DNA of 64,000 nucleotides, taken from assembly GCF_964194025.1 (NCBI RefSeq), contig NC_134472.1, forward strand, positions 4,588,001-4,652,000, read 5' to 3'. Under the pieces are notes generated by a model. That model did no database searches and was not told the origin of the DNA. It was given only the letters and a program-made list of their open reading frames with translations. Positions 25,795 through 37,678 of the stretch are shown piece by piece (the first letter of the stretch is position 1; every line of letters begins with the position of its first letter). A program made the position numbers and the translations under genes. Source of the DNA: Convolutriloba macropyga. Taxonomy: Eukaryota.

Positions 25795-26773
25795 GGCTGC
25801 AAGTGTTTGGTTAACCGAAGCTGTCGAAGAGGCCAAATTTTACGATGTGAGGGGCTATTTAGGGAAGCTAGGATATGTCACCATATACACACAATTTTTG
25901 CTGTGAGTGACGATTTATTGAGGTTTGGACATACCACCACCCATTTATACACAGTTTTACACCCTCACGCTCACTTATCTCTGCTACCCTCGGTTTAGCC
26001 GCTCACTCAGGCGGTGAGTCTATCTTCTCTAGGTTAAGCTAGCTATTGTCAATTCCACACCATTTTCATTAGTCCGATGTTAGTCGGCTATGTTTCGAAC
26101 AGTTTACGACCAGTAGTTCAAATAGCTTTACTATTTTTCTCCTTCGTAGTTCAAATTATTTTCCTTTCCTCCTACTCTCAATTTTTCATGCACTGAACTG
26201 AAATTGTGCATGGGCAAAAACTGAATGCTTTCATCAAGACCCGAAAAGATAAAAAATTGTTTTAAAAGCTTGTTGGAAATATAGCTAGATAGAGAAAATA
26301 GGAAAATAATGATAGAATTTGGCAGTTGATATTGCGTTAAAAGTCTCAGAGTTGCTTTGAGGCTTTGTCCCTGAAATATTGTTTGCAAGTTGTCTGTTGC
26401 TTTTTATAGATCTAAGTAGGTACGGAGGCTTATGCGGCTGGCAATAGTTTTCAAATGCGAAAGTTATAACGCATTATTCTTACATATCGTGCTGCTCTCC
26501 TATACGAATTTTGTAAGATCTCGCAAGTAAATCTGAAAAAATGGTAATTGAACAATTTTTTCTGCTTCTCATTAAAAAAGTGGATTTTATCACTATTTTG
26601 ATGTCACTTTTTTAATGTTATTTTTAGCTCATAAGTTGGATTTTATTGGGTTAGTTTTTGTAAGATATTCTTATCTCTTCTGTAGAGAAGTTTCATTTTG
26701 AATCCCATTAATTAAAACCTATGACGAATCTCTGATTCGCCGAATCCTAATTCTCCTTTGATGCTTATAAAAT

Positions 26774-28805
26774 TCATAATTGATATGTATTTAAATTGAT
26801 ATAAAGTAGTATATTTTTTAACCAATCAGAATGCAGAATAATTATTTCTAAAAGTGCTGGAAAGAGAATAAATAATATGGGAGAGAGACTAAAAACTGGA
26901 TAATAATATAGTTGCATTCCAAGATTCTGTTTTTCCTAGTCGATTAGATTTGGGGATTTGTAGGCTGGAACCCGTATCCGCTGGCTGAAACAAGAAACTC
27001 GGTCTACCGACATTATATGGTGACAAGGGTGGGATTTTTGCCAGGTTCAGCTGAAACTCTTCTATCAAAGTTTCCTGGGCCTGACCCAAGTCATTACTGT
27101 TTGGGAGCTCTGGCAACGGCGGCAATTGCTGAAATAACTTGCCCAATGGTGGTGATAGCTCGATATTGAGCCTTACTGCACCTGTCGTTTTACAGGAGGC
27201 GAAATCCGATTTGATGAAAATGTTATTTCCTTCGAGTTCATTTCCACATTTTAATGTTATTACGCACGCACTGCATCCCTGGTGATGTTTAACATCAGCC
27301 TAGCCTGTTGAGTTGGAAGGCCTCTCCGTCATCAGGAAATCTGGATTTGCACTTGTGATTAGCCAGCGCCCATATCCAAGATTTTCGGCCTTCTCCTTTC
27401 GAGGCAATTGGATGCTTTTCACCCTACAGTTTTCCAAGGCTTCGTACTCGTCTTGAAAGAGAAGGGTAGCAATGCATGAATCCTTATTTTTTTGCAAAGA
27501 GAAACCATTTTGGCAGACGCTGTAGCTAACTGATCCAATACAGTTCTCAAGATCTCTCGGAGTCAGTATCGCAGCGAAGTGACGGTTCTCAGTAACTGCA
27601 ATATATTCGCTCTCAATTTCCCAGCGTATGGCGTGGCTGCCATTTGTGGGAATTGGAATCGTTTTCGCATTGTAAACATTCAGCACTGTAGATTTCGTCG
27701 CCATAGGTATCGCTAACGTAAAAATGATCCCGATTTCATTACTCAATACGCTTTTAAGCAGCGGAATTTCGTAAAATGATAAAACTTTAGAAATCGGTAT
27801 AGCCAACGAGAGCATATCCGTGGAGTGCAATTGTTGTCTTCCGATGGCTTCAAGAACTTCGGTAAGCTGTTCTTTTGGGAAGAGTGCCATTGGGAGAAAT
27901 CCGTTCGCCATATGACCCAAGTTCTGGAACAGGTTTGACTGAAATGTGTACAATGCTACGCGAAAACTCTTCGCAATAGTGTGTAGTGTGCTCTGAATGC
28001 CTTGTAGAGATATTAAGTTGTGGTTCAGCGACGTTCTCGTATAGAAGTACTGATGGCAGTTTCTATATTTGTGGATATTTGCATTGAAAGTTTTCATTTG
28101 CTCTTCTATTTGCTTGTTTTTATCGTTCTGAATATTCGTAATCTCGTCTTGTCGTCGCAGATGTGTCAGCGTCGAAGCTAACACGAATAGTCTTTGATTG
28201 TTTCTATCTTGGACTTGCGACCAACGCTTCTGCATTTTATTCACGTGGTCGACCGTTTGTAGAAGGGCTTGTTTGTTCAGATTACTGTCTCCTGCAGAGC
28301 ATGAACCCAGGATTGATGTCAGCGCACATGACAAGGTTGAGCCACTACTAAGTCCGAGGCCGAACAGACCTGCCCCTGCAGCGAAAGTAATTGGCGCTAC
28401 TCGTGTTGCCCTGTCAAATGAAGTACGTTTTGTATCTGCTGGGGTTAAAAGTGTTTGCGCGGACTTGATGAGCTCTCTTTGCCAGTCCCTCTTCGCCAGT
28501 TGCAGCTCGTATCGGGTTTGTTTGAGTATCCACTCAATTGTCAGGTTGCTTTTGCTCATTCTTGTGAAATTGAGTTGACATAAATTTGTATCAACTTTCC
28601 ACAGGTCGTCAAGTGTGGCGGCGACTTTATCCAGGTAGTTTTGCAACGAAGCATTAAGAGAAGGAAAGGGCAGAACAAACTCCGCGTTGATATAACGCTC
28701 CCCTAGGAGAATTTTCCTGTCAAAGTTGAATAGGATTCCTCGTTGGGAGTCTCTAAGTGCAGCGAAGCTGGTCATCAGGTGCGTAAAGGCAATGAGTTTC
28801 ATCAT
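26774..28805 (-). pseudogene. class I viral fusion glycoprotein (baculovirus F / errantivirus env-like), ~670 aa, one stop and a frameshift
   Basis: N-terminal hydrophobic leader; furin-type RATR followed by fusion peptide VAPITFAAGAGLFGLGL; heptad-rich helices; GFLPMALF, FTLAIP, VYNAKTIPIP, EYIAV..LTPRDLENC..YSVC..SCIATLL. The frame continues past TAG 27300-27302 (ADVKHHQGCSACVITLKCGNELEG..SDFASC) into the 26889-27146 ORF. A frameshifted TM segment (SLSPILFILFPALLEIIILH) follows. Confidence 0.8.
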
Positions 28806-28866
28806 TTTGGTTTTTTTTCCAATTCGCAGAGGTCGGAAAGTGGAGGACTGTGTGGGGTTATAGTAT

Positions 28867-29345
28867 TTATAATCGCTCCATCAATATGTGATTTCTGTTG
28901 AAATTACTGGCTGGATTGTTGAAAGTAACATTCAGAGTTTTTGTACTATTGTTAAACCTCCGGAATGTTGGGTAGAGTTCATCCGTTATATGTACAAAAT
29001 ATCCTCTCGAGCGGTCACCAAAATTAACTATTATGGCTGCACCAGATGGGACCAGTTGGACTCGTGACAATGCTCCAACTCGATCATTTATTTCTAGGCG
29101 CATGTTTCTTTTAATGGAGGTGCATGTAGGGAGGCATAGACATCGAGTCAATTTGTAACGTTTCCCTAGAACGGTCTAGTAAATCTTTGATGTAATTGAA
29201 GCTGTATTTGTGTGTCCAGAAAATAAGTATGCTGGGCTCGAAATCCTTCTCGAGGTTAATCAAAATGAAATTCTTTGAATCCGGGTAGAAAAAATGTTTA
29301 ATCTCATAAATCTCGCTTTCATTTAAGTTTAAGTTGAAAAAGTTC
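28867..29345 (-). pseudogene. orphan ORF upstream of env, probably frameshifted
   Basis: The open frame NLNESEIYEIKHFFYPDSKNFILINLEKDFEPSILIFWTHKYSFNYIKDLLDRSRETLQ overlaps near 29150 with the 94-aa ORF 28867-29151 in another frame. No recognisable family. Confidence 0.4.
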
Positions 29346-30092
29346 TGCGTTTTGCATCGTTAATCGGGTTGCTGAGAATGGACGGAAAATAAGGAATGCT
29401 TCAAGCTAATAATAATCAATTTCGCTTTTTCTTTGTGCTTTTGCGTGTGAAAGAATTTTGAAATCAAAGTTCTGATGAAAAATAACAAATAAGCAATCGT
29501 TTATTTACTCGAATTTATTTTTGTCTGTTTAGTAGAGTACTCAAACTTCTCAATCGAATTTTTGTGTAGGAATAAGCGTGCTGTTGCGTATTCAGGGGAT
29601 TCAATCGGGGCACAAACTTCAGATTGTTTATATTGTTTTTTCTTAATCCGCTTAAGCGGAAAGTATGGCAGGTGTTCGTAATTACCAGCGCTAGGTAAAA
29701 TTTCCAAGTTTTGCAATGGTTGTTCTTGTGTTGTCGCAACGGTATCGCGGTTCGCTTTGTTTACGGTTGCTGACGTAGATGCAGGTGTAACAACGTAAAC
29801 AAAAGAATTTTGTTTTATTTGGTAGCACCTGCCTATGTACTTAAGCTGATTATTGGAATTCTCGACCTCACAAACGTTCCGCTTTAGTTATTAAAAAAGG
29901 ATTAAATTGCAGCAGGTGGTGCCGTATTTTGTTGGTTGCTGGGACAAACAATGACGTGGAAGAAATCACGCGGTTTAAAAATGGGTTGTTTTGACAACAG
30001 ATGATATCATATTAGAAAGTACGTCACGGAGCATGAAAAATGAAGTATTTAGGGGAAATTAATTTGAAAACCAGCTATTAAAGAATAAAAGG

Positions 30093-30416
30093 TCACATTA
30101 TTCTTTGATATGGTATTTCCAGCAAATCAAGATGAATGTGTTTGCCAAATTTGATACTGGACTTTAGAATTAAAATTTGGTCAGGACAGTCAAGGGAAAG
30201 TAACAGTATGAATCGTTCCTCAAAGTCGGGTGTAACTATTAAGATGTAAAATAAAAGATCCTCGGAATAGAAAGATGTTAAGATTTGAAGTGAATTCTGT
30301 TCAGTAAAGGCCAAAACAAATTTATTCGCATGAAATTGTGTAAAAAAGGGTAATTCTGAGCAAAGAGATATCATAAAGTCCACGTACTGATCGTTCATAA
30401 TGATGTCTCTAAACAC
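30093..30416 (-). CDS. orphan ORF (107 aa) preceded by a Lys/Glu-rich low-complexity tract
   Basis: ORF track; same strand as env. The upstream 30420-30600 is purine-rich on the minus strand (K/E/R codons). No recognisable family. Confidence 0.35.
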   Translation of the reverse strand: MFRDIIMNDQYVDFMISLCSELPFFTQFHANKFVLAFTEQNSLQILTSFYSEDLLFYILIVTPDFEERFILLLSLDCPDQILILKSSIKFGKHIHLDLLEIPYQRIM

Positions 30417-30731
30417 AGAAGTAGTTTTTTTTTGTTTTCTTTTAAATGTTTCCTTCCGTTTTTGTTCCCCTGCCTTTTTCTCTTGTTTTCAGTTTTTTTT
30501 TGCTTTCTGTTTTTTCTTTTTTTCTTTTTTTTCTGGCCGGTGTTGCCCCCGTTGCATCGCAACGGTGTTGTTGTTGAGGATTGTGTGGTGCAAGTTAGGA
30601 TCGTACCGGACGCCTAGCCGGTTTGCTTTCTAAGTATAAGCAATATGGGTTAATTTATGCCCAAATTTTTTTGAGGTCAAAAAACTTAGCAATTTCCAAG
30701 TGGACTAACCGAGTGCATTTACAGATTGAAG

Positions 30732-31022
30732 ATGGAAAACTGTAATGAAATTGTGAAAGATGATGGTATTCAAATGTTTTGTTGCAAAGATGCTACTTAT
30801 TTCATGGAAAAGGGGGTCTTTTTATCGCAAGTTCCTGGACGTGCAACTGAGTGTCCAGTTCTAGAAGTAGAAAATTTAGTTTTGAAAGGCAGCAGCCAGC
30901 AGTGTGATCTGTGGTTCGGGCTATTCATTGGGCTTGCTGTTTGTAATGTCTGTGTGTTGACTATTGTTTTGTACAAGAAGGCGAAGAAGTGTTGGAATCA
31001 ATTGAAAGCTCCAAAGGAATAA
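30732..31022 (+). CDS. small single-pass membrane protein
   Basis: MENCNEIVK..., a Cys-containing N-region, TM LWFGLFIGLAVCNVCVLTIVLY and basic stop-transfer KKAKK. Preceded by acceptor-like tttacag (30719-30725). Confidence 0.55.
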   Translation: MENCNEIVKDDGIQMFCCKDATYFMEKGVFLSQVPGRATECPVLEVENLVLKGSSQQCDLWFGLFIGLAVCNVCVLTIVLYKKAKKCWNQLKAPKE

Positions 31023-31294
31023 GCTTAGAAATGCTTAGAATACTGTTTTGTTGCCTTTTAGCAAAGCAACTTTGGTTACTGTGACTGACTCTTTGTGACT
31101 TGTTTTGTATTTAGAGTGGCTTAAATTTTACACTTTACTTGTACTCTACTTGAATTTTCTCTTTGTTTTAGTACAACTTGTCAATTGAATTCGGGCTTTC
31201 CTTTTTTTTTGAGTGAATATGAGTTAACTAATTAAACTTTGCGCTTTTGTTATATATCTTCAAACGAACTGAAGACAATTTTGAATTATTTCAG

Positions 31295-32105
31295 ATTGTA
31301 TGGTTTACACAATAAGGTAGCGCATGGTCTTGTGGTAACAGGCGGACAATCAACAGAAAGTGTAGCAATTTCTACAAGAGCAGGTGAGTAAAGAAAAAAT
31401 AAAATACGTTTTTATCAAAGACAAATGCTATGTTCAATTTGGGAAGGGACTCTGTTTTATGTCGGGAGTTCAATTGGATTTAAATGTTGTATTGTAGTTA
31501 AGGTGTTCATTGGCGATTACAAAAATAACAATTACTTCAGTTTTCGGGCAAAAAGAAATGATTTAAATCAAATTCGGGTGTTGACTTTATTATTATAATA
31601 AATTTTTTTTTAAATTAAATTACAATTTGTTTGCAAAAAATCAGTTTTATGTATTGTATATTTAGTAATGGAATTCAATCTCTACATGAATATAATGAGC
31701 CAGCTAGAGGACAGAAATCTGAAGAACCGCGAAGCGCTTGATTCAAGCGCATTGCGTAAAATTTTCTTAGGACGTCTCAGAAAGTTTAAATTAATAAACG
31801 GTGCACTACATTACGAAAACGCTCTGGTTCCTCTGAATTCAGAGTTTGAGTGTGCAATTGAAGAGTTGCACGAGCCGGGTGATGGAAGTCATTGTACTTC
31901 CATGAAAACGCTTATGAATGCGCTCCGGAGAAGCGGCATCAGGCTGCCCAGAGCTTGGGGTGGTCTTGTAATTGCGGTTGAAAGGTAAAACACACGTAGA
32001 AGTAATCTCGTTTTAGATTTTCTGAAATTAATTTTCTTTTGTAGCTATATACATCACTGTGTACCCTGTTTTACCACCGATCAAAACCCGAATGTATTGA
32101 GTTGA
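31295..32105 (+). CDS. predicted spliced stand-alone integrase-type H2C2 zinc-finger protein (exons 31295-31383, 31666-31984, 32045-32105)
   Basis: FKLINGALHY..LVP..IEELHEPGDGSH is in exon 31666-31984. Removing the 60-nt GT-AG intron 31985-32044 adds SYIHHCVPC and completes HHCC. The upstream exon (tttcag|...CAG|gtgagt) joins in frame to ATG 31668. Confidence 0.65.
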
Positions 32106-32347
32106 GACCAACTAGTCTGTGAGTGAGGTTAACGATGCTTTGAAAGAAGGCTTTAAGTCGGTGTCCCTTTTGCCCTCCTATTGTGCTTTTTTCATTTCGA
32201 TCAATAATTTTTCAGCAAATTTAGCCCCATTTCTTTTTCCTTTATAATTTTGTTTTTCAAATGGTGTTACCAGCAGCCGGTTATTTTTCCTAGAAATTGT
32301 CCGTGCTTTCGAAAAATTGACAATCACAAACTAACGCTGCTGAGCAT

Positions 32348-32510
32348 AATCGTCTTTATTTTTATTGTTTTTGAAAATGTTTTGTGAGTTCTTGAATGTG
32401 GCCTGCGTGTGTGTTTTTTGAAGACTAATTCGACCAATCTGGTTGAATAGGCCAATCAAAGATTTTTTAAAAAAAACAGTATGTCTCATCCAGTAATTTA
32501 CAGTTCTAAG
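32348..32510. repeat. resumed, more diverged remainder of the 396-bp unit
   Basis: tgaaaatgttttgtgagttcttgaatgtggc...gaagactaat...ttgaatagg...ccagtaatttacagttct matches the second half of the unit. Confidence 0.9.
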
Positions 32511-33158
32511 TAGAATGATAATTCAGAGAGCTCAAGTTTGAGTTTGTAGTTTTGATTGATCTTGACGCTTTTTTTAAAGAAAATGTACGTTTCTAAATAT
32601 TGAATATGAATTAAGTTTTTCTCTAAAATTTAGATTGAGCTGTTACTAATTTTGATTTCATGCTATAATGAAATGTTTCAGATAAAAGGTTATTATTTCC
32701 GTTCTAAAGGTTCTAAAGGCGTTCTGAAGTTGTTAACTGATTGTCCTGTTTTCCTTTTGCGATTGTGATCAGCAGTTTTAGGTTGATGACTTTGATTACC
32801 CTAATTCCAGAAGTGTTTGTGGATTTTTGTGCTTTGCCCCTTTGTTGCTGCTAGTTCATTTTGTTATTGCAGGCATTTTTAATTGAGAGTTTAATTTTTT
32901 TCTGATGATGCGCAGTTTCCACTGCTTGAGTGTATTAAAGCGTAGGTACTGAATTTAAGGGCTCTTACTACACTGGTTTTTGAAAAAAACATATTGCTTT
33001 TGCTCTCCCTATTTGCTATCTGCTTGCCCCATCATTTTTTGTTAGTATTAAAAATTAGTGTGTTTGTAGGTCAGAACTAGCTGTGCTCATTTAGTTTTTT
33101 TTTCTGTCAACGATCTTTACATTTGAATTAATTTTGAGGTTGGAATGATTTGATTTCG

Positions 33159-34865
33159 ATGGAACCACAAGAAGAAAACTGTTCAGCCAATGAGAATTCT
33201 TGTGCAGAATGTCAATTTGAGTTTGATGTCAGTTCTGAAGACTCAGAAGAGCTCAGTTACACCTGTTCAACTTGTAACGAGACCAAAGATGGAGCACTTA
33301 AGCTGCAATTTTGTAATTATTGTATTGTCTCACATGTTCGCAAGCAGCATCGTGTTTTGGACTCGAAAGGTTACGATATTTCAGTTTGTGATCAACATAA
33401 ATCAATTCACGAGTTGTTCTGTAGTTACTGCAATTTTGCCTTGTGTCGACAATGTATAACAGGACACAGGGGACATGAAATCATTCCAATTCGCGAGAAA
33501 TGCGCCGAGACGCGCAAGGAAGTTTTCAAATACATGAACGATTTCGATTTACTCACAAAGGATGTGAAATTCCAACAACATGTTCAGAAGGAGTGTTTGG
33601 AAAGTTTGGACGATGCTGTAGCATTTTGTAGACCGGAAACTGTTGTTGATGTATTGATTAGTCTAATTGCGGAAATGGTCAAAGATGTCGCGAGCGATGA
33701 AGATGTTAAAAGTTTGATTTCTGAACTGAGCGCCAAATTCGATCAAGATAGTAAGTTGACTCTCACTAAAGCGAAGTCAACTGAGTTTGATAGAGTGGTT
33801 ACAGAAGCGGACGATATTGGATTGAAGTTGAGAGAAGTGTTGCAGAATTCGGACGGAATGCTCGTTAACAAATTCAAAGCGATGGTAGACCAGATGGACA
33901 CCTCATTGAAACTACAGAAAGACCAGGTCGCAAATGTCAACTTCATGCAGCCATTTTATGTTAATAATCCTCAGTTTAGAAGCGATCTTAAGGTTGTTGT
34001 AAGAAAGTTTTTTAAGGATGTGGCATGGCCCACTGCTAAAACTGTGAAGCCGGTGATAGTGGGTTCGGAACGTGGACCCCCCATTACCGGTAATCAGAGA
34101 ATCGTATTATTTCCATTCGATGTCTATTGCCTGGTAGAGATGAACCATGAAGTCAACGAGAGGTTGGTTCGGATCATCAAGTGTGGTAATAAAACAGCGC
34201 TGATACCTCCTCGAAACTGTTTCGAATGCGGCAGACTTCTGGGTCAATTATCGACCATCATGTATGTATGTTGTCAAAGGTCTCTGGCCAAGGGCACAGA
34301 TCCCTACAATTTGGTTTCTTTTGTCAAGTTAAATAAAAAATCTCGTAAAATTGACTACAAACAGTCTCCTAAGACTCTTGAAAAGACAGTTGAAATAGTC
34401 TACCCCATAGGCATGGAACTCAAAAGGAGCTTGGGTGAATTCGTTGCCATATACGGAGATATTTTCCATATTGTCAATCCGTTCTGTGACGACACGGAAA
34501 CGCATATTCACCCTAAGCCACTATTTGACGGCGAGATAGTTCGAAACAACTTTTTTGTATACTACAGTTTGTGTATATCAGCATTAAATTGCCTTATTTA
34601 TGACAATGAATCGAAGAAATTGAGACCATATCTGACCGATAAAACGTTTCAGTCATATTCATGCCCCGAAAAACCGTCAGCTGTTACAGTGAGCAACGAT
34701 TTCAAGACTCTTTTCGCTGTGTTAGAATCAACTGGTGAAATTTTTGTGTTTTCCAGTGGTAGAGTCTGTAGATTTGTATTTCGAGTCCAAAAAGCTTTTG
34801 CTGCTCATCTGTTTGTTGAATTGTTAGAATTATGGCTACGTGGCAAAGTTGGCCTGACTGTTTAG
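33159..34865 (+). pseudogene. TRIM-like paralog 3, 3'-truncated (homology ends ~34760)
   Basis: Open from MEPQEENC with both B-boxes, EKCAETRKEVFKYMNDFD, WPTA, LNCLIYD and CPEKPSAVTVS. After EIFVFSSG the sequence is unrelated, lacking HGLR and the last ~115 aa of the 37679 paralog. Confidence 0.8.
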
Positions 34866-35689
34866 GTCAAGTCTTCCCCAGAAGAGAGACCAATTCCTGT
34901 TGCTTGTGATCGATGCTGTAAGATTAGTTGCTAATTGATCTCGAAGTTTGAGGCAATTATTGTAAACATGTGTGTCTTTTTTATGCGCAATTTTTGCTTG
35001 ACCGTTTTCGCGCTTTTGTGCTAGAACATTTTTTATGCTTGACTTCTTAAATTTTGAGTGATGTCAATTGTTCTCATTCGGAAAAAAAGTGTATTGCTGA
35101 AAAGGTGCTCGGACGGCCGAACAGATTATTCTCAAATTTCAATTTTTTCATATTTTTAGTATTCTCAATTATATTGCACCGCCTTCCGGCTTAGGAATCA
35201 TCATGCTGGCGTTTATTATTTTACTATTTTCTATCTGTTACTTAGCTGCAATGTTAACTTTATCATACATTAAAAAGAAGAATAACGAATTCCATGTGAA
35301 GCACTTTCCATTTTTTCTTTAAAAAAATGTTTTTTGTTGATCTCAGTTATATTGCACCAGCTGTATTGCAGCATCGGAATCACATAAATTCAACTAATTC
35401 AATCGTCACGTTTTCAAAATGTCTTTATTTCTAATTGTATTATGATCATGGCGTTTAGTTTTCGTAATTGTAAATTGTCTTGATGATAAAAGGTCTCATT
35501 CCAAATTTAGGTTGATAACTACACGTTTCTTCGGGTGCTTTTTGAACCAAAGTATTTGCAATGTTAAACTAGAGCCACTGATAACCAGCTGTAAGATTTT
35601 ATACTCCAAATCTCTTTCTGAATTGTTTTTTAATGAAATTGTATTTTAAAGTCATGGATGAATGTCCCATGAAAAATTCGCGGCGAGTG

Positions 35690-35906
35690 TTATTTTTCCG
35701 GAAAAATTTAGAGAATGCCTCATTTTAGTGACTTGATATCTTCTGCGAAAAGGCTTTCAAATGATACCACCCATGTCTTCCTCAGATCAATTAGGTAGTC
35801 CAAAATAACAGAACAAAAAACGACGCCATGGTCGCCTATAGTTTTCTCCTTTATTACTAGAAGTTGGACAGACAAACTGTTAGATTAGCCCCGCTCTTCG
35901 CTCAAC
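35690..35906 (+). repeat. fragment of a dispersed repeat related to the 5690-6405 type
   Basis: gctttcaaatgatacca resembles gctttctaatgatacca at 6282-6298, followed by similar spacing to aacaaaaaa...tatagtt. Confidence 0.35.
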
Positions 35907-37678
35907 ATTTTTAATTGACAATAAACATTTTTTGGTCGCAACATCTAATTTAGGGTTTTATTTGTTACTTACCAGAAACTTTGATTTACGCAATTAATTA
36001 TCATTGGTGACCAAAAATCACGCTGCTGAAAAATGCTTGTGACTGAATTATTTTATTTTGCTTTTCGATTTGGATCATAATGGATTTTCAAATAAATTTA
36101 ATCTGTGTTTTTTTGGTATAATTTTCCCCGTTTCGTTTTGGATTAATGGTATTAGTTGCTCTTTCAATTTTCTTTGATTTTCTTCCAATTGCTCGTGAAG
36201 TGAGTTCAGAGTCTAAAAACCAGTCCGGCTCCTTTTTGATCAGATTTCGGCGTTTCTCATATTTCACTAAGAGAACAAGAGGTGGTGATAACAAAACAAC
36301 ACCCGTGATATGCATTAGTTATAGATTTTGAATCGTTGCAGTCCACGGGCTAAAAATTTTCATTTTTATCTTTCCTTATTTTCCTCAATTCATGTAGGAA
36401 GATAAAATTTAAAAAAAATTGTAAATACTTGTAATTTGTAGCTTAAAAATATTTGTAAAAAAATAGAGCGAATTCTGCGGGAATCTCATTTTCCTCTCTG
36501 TCAGTTCAGGGACATCGTAAAGAATGAAGGCACTGGAAATTAATTCTGTTTAATTCTTTTTATGTTCAATAATTTAAAATAGTTTTTCAATTGGTGATTT
36601 GAAATGGTATCTTACAGGTCATTAAGATGCAGATTTTTACCCCAATTTCTGCTTTGGTTCCTTAATATATCAGATTTTCTTATATGGCTGAAATTATTTT
36701 TTTCCTTGAATTTTTTTGCGATTGCTGGGAAATGGAAATTCGGATACAACACTGCTCGTAGATTTTAGAAATACTACTGATTTACTACCGAAATGACACG
36801 AGAAACAGTCTTGAATGTCCTGAGAAGTTGCAACTTGCTTTGAACCAATGGGAACTGGATATGATACATACAGCTCATTTTAGCTAAAATGTGGGCACAG
36901 AACTTCACGAAATACTTTATACATCTTTAGCTACGATTGGTGGTCATTTTCATCAGATTTCTTTGCGACTGTTGTAGCTTATCATTTCAAAAAAAATTCT
37001 ACTGAAAATTTGAGACTTCTCTGGGAAATAGTTCGTCCGCTTAATATTCAGCAGCAGGTTGTTAATGCCAAAAGTGTTTCTTCTCCAGAAACATGGGAAA
37101 AATTGAATCAAAATGTGCTATAAAAATTTCTGTTCGATGTTAAATTTTAAACGAGAAAAGCATTTTCGAAAGCATTTTTTCAGATTGTGTTGTGCATTGT
37201 TAGGGGTCGGTTTTTTCAGTTTTTGAAAATTTGGGCGTTCAATTAAATAATTTGAGTCAACTGACTTTGATCAGAGGTACTTTCATTCCGTCAATTGATT
37301 GTTAACATCAATTAAATTTCTTTGATTTTCTTGTCGGGATGGTGTGATTTTTTTATACTCTCCCAACATTAACAAAAGTTGTGTCTCGATGCGAGTTTTA
37401 TATTTGGCTATTTTACCCTATAATTTGATGTTGATCGAAATCCGTATTCTTAAAAGCGAATGTCATTTTGCAGCTTTAGTTCAATAATTTCAGTGGACAA
37501 TAATTACAGTGAGCCTCATATCTGCAGTTTTCCGTTTTTCTGCAATTGTGAAACGCTTCTCATCTGAACTATCTGAAAGTAGCTTTCATAGGGGGGGGGG
37601 GGAGGGGGCAAACAAGCATGTCTTTCAGTCATTTTTTATCTTTGGTCTTGGATATCTTCGGTATTTCAGTTCAAAATT

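Larger units (their letters stand above)
25791..32347. mobile_element. ~6.55-kb env/F-carrying insertion (virus-like or LTR-element derivative) with no RT or integrase core
   Basis: The 396-bp unit breaks at ...cattttgtg (25794) and resumes within about 4 nt of the same register at aatcgtc (32348). The interior has a fusion glycoprotein gene, orphan ORFs and an H2C2 gene. Ends read TG...CA, but there is no TSD and no second LTR. Confidence 0.7.

Noticed and set aside
25791-32347. Terminal inverted repeats on the env element (TG..GCTGC..GTTTG..TCGAA vs the right end)
   Set aside because: Only about half the positions match over ~50 bp and there is no TSD; not distinguishable from chance.
35165-35275. 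Candidate missing 3' exon of paralog 3 (IAPPSGLGIIMLAF)
   Set aside because: Only faint resemblance to IIPPVHHGLRTIDAL, and the downstream motifs are absent.
37590-37608. G12-A-G5 run upstream of paralog 4
   Set aside because: Single homopolymer not shared by the paralogs; no function can be supported.
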